From: a virus
Direction: 5' to 3' (one strand)
Virus record (IMG/VR): IMGVR_UViG_3300042889_001061
Span: 1 to 64,000 of that record
Length of the DNA: 64,000 nucleotides
In this document: piece after piece, positions 58,377 through 64,000 of the stretch
How the letters are laid out: every line of letters starts with the position of its first letter
Position numbering within the stretch: the stretch's first letter is position 1
Translations under genes and position numbers: made by a program
Notes under the pieces: model-generated
Database searches by the model: none
What the model saw: the letters and a program-made list of their open reading frames with translations, nothing else
Told to the model about the DNA's origin: nothing

Positions 58377-58402
58377 AAACCCGCTTCGGCGGGTTTTCTT
58401 TT
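58377..58402 (+). terminator. Intrinsic terminator after tmRNA
   Basis: AAACCCGC-TTCG-GCGGGTTT + T run. Confidence 0.9.
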
Positions 58403-58453
58403 CTAATTAATTATAAAAATTTTAAAGAGTTCTTCGCTGAGATAGATGTATTA

Positions 58454-59338
58454 TCAGTTCGGGGAATCGTTGATTATCTCACTACTGCAATAGTATTTGC
58501 CACCGGTGGTCAGCAAATCGCTGATTAACTGATCCAAAGGTACACTAATGAAATCTTTTCTGTAAGTATGTCTTGGACCTTGTATTACATAGTCTATATT
58601 TTCTGCACCAGACATTTTTGGAAAATATATTAAATCTTTACCCCAATATTTTCCATAATACATGCCTTTAATAAAGGAGTCCCACCAACTGATATTACGT
58701 ACTCCTTGTTTTGTGTATAGTCCATGAGCATTAATAAATGCTGTCATTATATCGTCTTTAACTGTACTTACAACAACTTCGCTGGTTTTATCAAATAATA
58801 TATATTCAGCGGTTCTGCCTAAAGTGTCTCCTGCACGTTTTCGTGACATTTCAAAAGTATGATAACCTTCATAAAAATGTGCAATACCTTTAACAAAGGT
58901 TATAAAAGGGCCGTCTCCGCCCTGCAAAAAGTTTACATCAGGTAATTGGCCGAGAAACTTACTATGAATTATTTGAAATGGCGGAATATTTAAATTTTTA
59001 CTGATGTCAAGTATTTCTTCTTTACAGGCCATGGGATCAATGTCAATGATATGTGATTTAAACTGCCAAGCACGTTCCAATTTTTTTAAATTATTAAACT
59101 CAATATCATTATAACCTGGCATATAAAGAAATGCAGTTTCAATTTTAATACCTTGATCCATAAAACTTCTCAACGCGGCTTGACTATCAACACCAGAACT
59201 AATACCTAATATAAGTTTGTCCCCCAGGGCAATTATATCTCTAGCTCGACGATTATACTCTTCTCGAAGATTGCCCACTTCCCACTGACATTGGTCGTAT
59301 TCGATGTAAAATCCTTGGCTATCTGTGTTGAATTGCAT
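58454..59338 (-). CDS. PP-loop (adenine nucleotide alpha-hydrolase-like) protein
   Basis: LILGISSGVDS motif. Confidence 0.65.
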   Translation of the reverse strand: MQFNTDSQGFYIEYDQCQWEVGNLREEYNRRARDIIALGDKLILGISSGVDSQAALRSFMDQGIKIETAFLYMPGYNDIEFNNLKKLERAWQFKSHIIDIDPMACKEEILDISKNLNIPPFQIIHSKFLGQLPDVNFLQGGDGPFITFVKGIAHFYEGYHTFEMSRKRAGDTLGRTAEYILFDKTSEVVVSTVKDDIMTAFINAHGLYTKQGVRNISWWDSFIKGMYYGKYWGKDLIYFPKMSGAENIDYVIQGPRHTYRKDFISVPLDQLISDLLTTGGKYYCSSEIINDSPN

Positions 59339-59355
59339 ATTGTATATTGCCTTAA

Positions 59356-59369
59356 TAAATACATATTTA
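59356..59369. promoter_or_regulatory. Closely paired, oppositely oriented late promoters
   Basis: TAAATA (+, 59356-61) and TATTTA (-, 59364-69) between divergent genes. Confidence 0.6.
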
Positions 59370-59374
59370 TTACT

Positions 59375-60529
59375 ATGACAAACAAAAAATTAGGGTATTA
59401 TACATGTGCCGGTCTGGAATTTGAATCTAAAATTCAAGCATGTCTACATGCAGTCGCCACAGGTAGGGAAGTTCAATGGCATTTTAACGATGAGATTTTT
59501 TCAAAACACAATTGGAGTGTAGAGCCGGAATTAAGTCTTGATGCATTGTATAATTTAAGAAGTAAGCAGATTAGAGAAAAATACGACTATGTTGTATTAA
59601 GTTACAGCGGTGGCGCAGACAGTCATAATATCTTAATGAGCTTTATCCGCCAGGGTCTACACATAGACGAAATTGTTGTAAACAACATGGAAAAAGCCAA
59701 CCGGCAATTCACGGATCTCAATGTAAACAATACAGATCCAACTAATACTCCCGCCGAGTTTAGATTACAGGCTGTACCTAGATTAAAGGAAATCGCAGTA
59801 CTAATTCCTAGAACAAAAATCACAGTCTGTGATCTCAGTGAACACTTGTTTGACTACATGAATTCGGCCAAAGATGCCAGTTGGGTATTAGGCCGCAAGG
59901 AAGGCCTTAACGCTGCCAATGCCACTAGATATAATTATTTGGCCATGACTGAAATTAGAAAACAGTTTGATAAAAACAAGTCCATGGTCATTGTTGTGGG
60001 CGTGGACAAACCACGTTGTTTTATACGCAATGGTGATTTTTATATTAGATTTGCAGATCGTGCTGCCAACATTGTTCCAATCCCCGATCACTTGAACGAG
60101 TACACAAACAGCACGGTAGAACTATACTATTGGAGTCCGGACAGTATAGATATTTTAACTAAACAAGCACATGTTGTTCGTCGCTGGTTAAAATTTAAAC
60201 CTGAAATGCAAAAATTGTTTGACAGTGATGTAATGGCAGATCCCAAAATATTTAGAATTTACCACGAGCAACTTCTTAAAAATATTGTATATACGACATG
60301 GAATGAAAATTGGTTTCAAACAGATAAAGCAGTCAAAGACTGGACCAGTGAATTTGATCAATGGTTTGAAGATGGATACAGTGATACAAGAGCATATGGT
60401 ATTTGGCTGGAAGGCGTTAACTTCGTCAAGGACAAGCTACACACATTTGCCAATCATCGCAATGGCGATCTCGATGGCTTAAAGCTGTTTGGAAAAAACT
60501 ATAAAATAGGATCTTTTGCAGATCGTTGA
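59375..60529 (+). CDS. PP-loop (adenine nucleotide alpha-hydrolase-like) protein
   Basis: VVLSYSGGADS, GVDKP, YYWSPD. Confidence 0.7.
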   Translation: MTNKKLGYYTCAGLEFESKIQACLHAVATGREVQWHFNDEIFSKHNWSVEPELSLDALYNLRSKQIREKYDYVVLSYSGGADSHNILMSFIRQGLHIDEIVVNNMEKANRQFTDLNVNNTDPTNTPAEFRLQAVPRLKEIAVLIPRTKITVCDLSEHLFDYMNSAKDASWVLGRKEGLNAANATRYNYLAMTEIRKQFDKNKSMVIVVGVDKPRCFIRNGDFYIRFADRAANIVPIPDHLNEYTNSTVELYYWSPDSIDILTKQAHVVRRWLKFKPEMQKLFDSDVMADPKIFRIYHEQLLKNIVYTTWNENWFQTDKAVKDWTSEFDQWFEDGYSDTRAYGIWLEGVNFVKDKLHTFANHRNGDLDGLKLFGKNYKIGSFADR

Positions 60530-60531
60530 TT

Positions 60532-61437
60532 TTATTGTTTAATTTCTAGTTTATTGTTTTGTATAAATTTAGTCAACGCTCGATTTGATTTTAATACAGA
60601 ATTTATCATCCAGGGCTCTGTTGAGCCTATGGGCAATAAACCTGCAACAAACGTAGTATCTTTAAATTCCTTGCTGGATAATATCTTCGAAACATCTGCG
60701 ATAATTTTATTCTTATTGTCAGTTTCCATAGATTTAGAAACTACTAATGCTACATAACTTTGATATGGAAATGGTTCTTTAAAGTATTGTTCCCATGTAA
60801 GAATTTTATCTCCCATGTCATGACTGGCAAATAACACAGTGATTCGTGGATCAGTGATTATTACTTTGATGCCTGCATAGTTGCCAAACGTACAATCTAC
60901 ATTTCCAGCCAGTACGTCCAATGCACCTTTGTTGCCGCCTGCAGGATAAGGTATTGCCAAATGCTTGCCTTTGGCATGAACAAACAAAGATTCGGATGCA
61001 ATATGTTCGGAGCTGCCATAACCGTTAATGGCAAAACTCAATGATTTTGTTGTTGATAAAAAGTCGTCAAACGTTTTGATTCCTAGTTTTGAATTACATA
61101 TTAATAAATTTGGAAGAACAGCAACGACTGCTAATATTTCCAAGTCTGTGTCTGGATTGTATTCCAAATCTTTAAACATCATTGGATTGGTTACATATAT
61201 TTGTGGTACAGTGGCCATTAAAACACTGTTGCCTTGTAAGACATGTTTGACTGCGATTCTGCCGGCACCACCAGGACGATTTTGCACAATATAGCCAGCA
61301 GACGCTGGTAAGTTTTTTGTGATCAATCTGGCAATTCTATCGCTGGGTCCACCCGGAGCATGATGAACAGTGAATTCTACAGCATGAGCCGAAATGCATA
61401 TACACATTCCCAAAAGTATTTTTTTAAGTTTATTCAT
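60532..61437 (-). CDS. Bug/TctC tripartite tricarboxylate transporter substrate-binding protein
   Basis: Signal peptide; APGGPSD..AR, VQNRPGGAG.IA, G.GS..H, IPY..G. Confidence 0.85.
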   Translation of the reverse strand: MNKLKKILLGMCICISAHAVEFTVHHAPGGPSDRIARLITKNLPASAGYIVQNRPGGAGRIAVKHVLQGNSVLMATVPQIYVTNPMMFKDLEYNPDTDLEILAVVAVLPNLLICNSKLGIKTFDDFLSTTKSLSFAINGYGSSEHIASESLFVHAKGKHLAIPYPAGGNKGALDVLAGNVDCTFGNYAGIKVIITDPRITVLFASHDMGDKILTWEQYFKEPFPYQSYVALVVSKSMETDNKNKIIADVSKILSSKEFKDTTFVAGLLPIGSTEPWMINSVLKSNRALTKFIQNNKLEIKQ

Positions 61438-61538
61438 AGAATAATATTTAGTTCTTGCTTATTGTTATTTTGGCTATGCACTCTTAAAGTGCTGGTGAAA
61501 TTGTAATCTAAGATTAACTAACTTGTAATCTAACTCAC

Positions 61539-61567
61539 TAGACAAAAAAATTGAAATTAGTTATACT
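61539..61567 (+). promoter_or_regulatory. sigma70-type promoter of LuxR gene
   Basis: TAGACA-17bp-TATACT; TTGTAATCTAA direct repeat just upstream (61501, 61523). Confidence 0.6.
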
Positions 61568-61579
61568 TACTATAACTAT

Positions 61580-61643
61580 AAGATACACTGAAGTACTAGT
61601 ACTACAGAGTATTAGTATTAAGAAGTATAGACTACATTAAGTA
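61580..61643 (+). repeat. Four degenerate 16-bp units ending in AGTA (operator-like array)
   Basis: AGTA ends at 61595, 61611, 61627, 61643. Confidence 0.6.
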
Positions 61644-61678
61644 TTAACATAGCAGACCTAACAACGAAAAAACTTTAT

Positions 61679-62803
61679 ATGAAAACAGCAGACAATGTAA
61701 AAAAGACAATTTTATTTTATCAGCCAGATAGATATACTCGGCATGCAGATAGCATCGTGGCAGATGCATATCTCGAAGAACACATTCTTTGTAATTTTTT
61801 AATTGCACTTACCTGGGATGATTTTGTCAGTAAATTAAACTTAAACCCTGACTTAGTGGGTTTTCACTGTGATTTATTTGACAACGAAGAATTAAGTATT
61901 CATCAATTAATAAAAGCAATAGAAATAACTCTCAAGCTAAAAAATAACCAAGCAGATATTTTTGTAAAAGTTAATAAAAAAACTTGTCGAGAAACTATTG
62001 ATATGTTGAGAAACACAAACATCATAGGTCTGCAATTTGATCGGGGAGACTTTGGTTTAGAATATGCCACAGAATCCTTTCGAAAATTACTAACAGATAG
62101 ACATCATTGGCCTGAAGAAGTTATTGCTACATCGTTAGAACATCAAGAAAATAAACGACCTTTGCACGTTTATTTTAGAGATGATATGGAGGTATATTAT
62201 GACCCAGTAAGATTTGTAGAAGTAACAAAAGATATTAATGCTAGATTTCTAATGTGTAAAAGTTTGAATGAGTTAAGTATAGCATTATCCGAGCGTCCTA
62301 AGAATCTTGTATTTCATATAGACATGGTTAGACGGCATGGCGGAACAATATCAGAGTTTATGATGATGTTAGAAACTATGACGAAATACACTAATACAAA
62401 AATTAAACCTAACATCGGTGTTGGTATAGAAGCAGATACACATTTATCGACAATTAAAGAATTACAAAAACACAGAATACTGGCAATAGTACCAAGTGCA
62501 AAAACATTTGGCACAACTAGTACTCGCAGTGCCATAGAAGTAATGCTGAATAATGAATCGCATTGGCCCAAAGACATTATCAGTACTCTTCCTGGCAATG
62601 AAAACAAAGTAAAAAATAAAAATAATAATGCCCTAACAATTAGACAACAAGAAGTATTTGATCTAATTGCTAAACGAGGTCTAAGCAACAAGCAAATCGC
62701 CAGAGTGCTAAATATATCTGAGAGCACAGTTAAGATTCATGTCAGCGCAGTCATGAAGAACCTTTGTGTTAGAAATAGAACACAATTGGCCTTAACGAAA
62801 TAA
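61679..62803 (+). CDS. LuxR/NarL-type regulator with two tandem degenerate receiver-like domains
   Basis: C-terminal LTIRQQEVFDLIAKRGLSNKQIARVLNISESTVKIHVSAVMKNL.V.NRTQLA; duplicated FH.D...FG...HWP module. Confidence 0.88.
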   Translation: MKTADNVKKTILFYQPDRYTRHADSIVADAYLEEHILCNFLIALTWDDFVSKLNLNPDLVGFHCDLFDNEELSIHQLIKAIEITLKLKNNQADIFVKVNKKTCRETIDMLRNTNIIGLQFDRGDFGLEYATESFRKLLTDRHHWPEEVIATSLEHQENKRPLHVYFRDDMEVYYDPVRFVEVTKDINARFLMCKSLNELSIALSERPKNLVFHIDMVRRHGGTISEFMMMLETMTKYTNTKIKPNIGVGIEADTHLSTIKELQKHRILAIVPSAKTFGTTSTRSAIEVMLNNESHWPKDIISTLPGNENKVKNKNNNALTIRQQEVFDLIAKRGLSNKQIARVLNISESTVKIHVSAVMKNLCVRNRTQLALTK

Positions 62804-62857
62804 TTAACAGCGTATATATCCGTATCCAAAACATCTTCTAATACTGAAGCCAATCTA

Positions 62858-62884
62858 ATACTAAGTCATAGCACAACTTAGTAT
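62858..62884. promoter_or_regulatory. Palindromic operator candidate
   Basis: ATACTAAGT-N9-ACTTAGTAT; overlapping TCTAATACT direct repeat (62837, 62854). Confidence 0.55.
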
Positions 62885-62991
62885 ATTTCCTTTTAAGTAA
62901 TTTAGTAGCAAGCTAGAAATAGATTTTTAGTTTGCACAAACACTAGGGCGTAATAACAGTCCTAGTATTATTTACTTTAAGGAAAAATAAT

Positions 62992-63546
62992 ATGGCTGAC
63001 ATGTTAACAACAGATCCCTTCTTCGCACTTACAAATCAAGTAGCTGGCGTAAGAGAGAAAGTTTCCGATAGCATTTTCGAAAACTACAAACTACAAGTTG
63101 CTCAAACCAACGACATCAACAACCGTGCTATGCAAGTTGCATTACACGATGCTACTGAACTATCTACTATCAAGCAAGAAATTGCTAATGGCACGCTTCA
63201 GACTATGTTGGCTGCTAGTCGTACAGACGCACAGATCGGTGCCACAAGTGCTGCTCAACAACGTTTGATCATGGAACAAGCAGAAGCTACACGTCGTTTA
63301 ATCGTCGACTTGAACACACAAAACTTGAACACAGCGTTGATCAACACAAACACAGCATTGACTGGTTTGGGTGTATCATACGGTGGTTTAGGTCTTGCAT
63401 ATGGTGGCGCAGTGAGTGCTTACCAAAGTGCTAACTCTACATCAGCAATCAATGCATTGAACAGCGCAATCGCTAGTCAAGGTATGGTTACTGTAGGTGC
63501 TGGCGCAGTAGGCGGTACACAAACTGCTACACCAACAAGCGTTTAA
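62992..63546 (+). CDS. Ala/Thr/Gln-rich helical protein with Gly-rich tail, unknown function
   Basis: TAAGGA RBS, strongly biased codons, no Cys or Trp. Confidence 0.75.
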   Translation: MADMLTTDPFFALTNQVAGVREKVSDSIFENYKLQVAQTNDINNRAMQVALHDATELSTIKQEIANGTLQTMLAASRTDAQIGATSAAQQRLIMEQAEATRRLIVDLNTQNLNTALINTNTALTGLGVSYGGLGLAYGGAVSAYQSANSTSAINALNSAIASQGMVTVGAGAVGGTQTATPTSV

Positions 63547-63565
63547 TCGCTAAAGGAGGCCTACT

Positions 63566-63751
63566 ATGTATCCATACTTAGGCGGATATGGTAGAGGCTT
63601 GGGGGGATTCCCTCGAGGCTATCTAGGAGCTGGCATAGGATATCCCTATCAAGGCTTCTGGGGCTACCCAGGTTGTGGTTGGGGCTACCCAGGTTATGGC
63701 ATTGGCTGCTACGGCGGTTATGGCTATGGTTATGGCGGCGGCTTACTATAA
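63566..63751 (+). CDS. Gly/Tyr-rich low-complexity micro-protein
   Basis: AGGAGG RBS; GYP, WGYPG, GYG repeats. Confidence 0.75.
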   Translation: MYPYLGGYGRGLGGFPRGYLGAGIGYPYQGFWGYPGCGWGYPGYGIGCYGGYGYGYGGGLL

Positions 63752-63767
63752 TCTAAAATAGTAAAGT

Positions 63768-63801
63768 AAGTAGGTTGGCTCATAAGGCTGACCTACTTTT
63801 T
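63768..63801 (+). terminator. Terminator-like hairpin
   Basis: AAGTAGGTTGGC...GCTGACCTACTT + T run. Confidence 0.65.
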
Positions 63802-63817
63802 AATAAAGGAGATTGTT

Positions 63818-64000
63818 ATGTACGGTTATTTGTACCCATTTTATAGAAGTCCATATATTGGAGGTTACGGAGGTTACGGCTATGGCTATCCATACAACTA
63901 TGGTGGCTATTACAACAATAATGTTAGTAATGTTATAGGTAGCGCAGTTGCTAACCAATCAATGAATACTATTGGCGCCGGAGCCATAGGTGGCATTCAA
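63818..64000 (+). CDS. Second Gly/Tyr-rich protein, truncated by window end (not in ORF track)
   Basis: AAGGAG RBS; MYGYLYPFYRSPYIGGYGGYGYGYPYNYGGYYNNNVSNVIGSAVANQSMNTIGAGAIGGIQ. Confidence 0.75.
   Translation, partial: MYGYLYPFYRSPYIGGYGGYGYGYPYNYGGYYNNNVSNVIGSAVANQSMNTIGAGAIGGIQ

Noticed and set aside
1976-62727. Numerous short antisense or out-of-frame ORFs in the supplied track (e.g. 4000-4359, 12770-13138, 18899-19315, 22802-23284, 62314-62727)
   Set aside because: They are nested within well-supported genes and show no motifs or clear RBS.
1-64000. Alternative genetic code (stop-codon or CGG reassignment)
   Set aside because: Core genes are full length in the standard code, TAA/TAG/TGA all end genes, and CGG codons fall at conserved Arg positions.

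Overview
This is a 64 kb segment of an AT-rich, T4-related jumbo myovirus genome (RaK2/GAP32-like gene repertoire, judged from motifs only). The host is probably a proteobacterium, likely a betaproteobacterium, given the Bug/TctC gene and the ANDSQFALAA tmRNA tag. It uses the standard genetic code. Core modules are neck/tail/head/terminase genes under T4-like late promoters (TAAATA), recombination and replication genes (gp32 SSB, UvsX, UvsY, UvsW, primase, helicase, a miniature DnaE-like protein) and class Ia RNR with redox partners. Accessory cassettes with their own sigma70 promoters are interspersed (subtilase with a beta-barrel, ParB-like plus HNH); an alginate-lyase-like gene and a desaturase are also present. 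The most unusual content is in the last 6.5 kb. (i) A tRNA with a serine-type body and long variable arm carries an Arg CCG anticodon. (ii) A circularly permuted two-piece tmRNA has a 174-nt structured intervening segment. (iii) Two divergent PP-loop genes sit next to a Bug protein gene. (iv) A double-receiver LuxR regulator is flanked by operator-like repeats and followed by Gly/Tyr-rich proteins, two of which share a C-terminal motif. All calls come from motif recognition by eye; no database searches were run.
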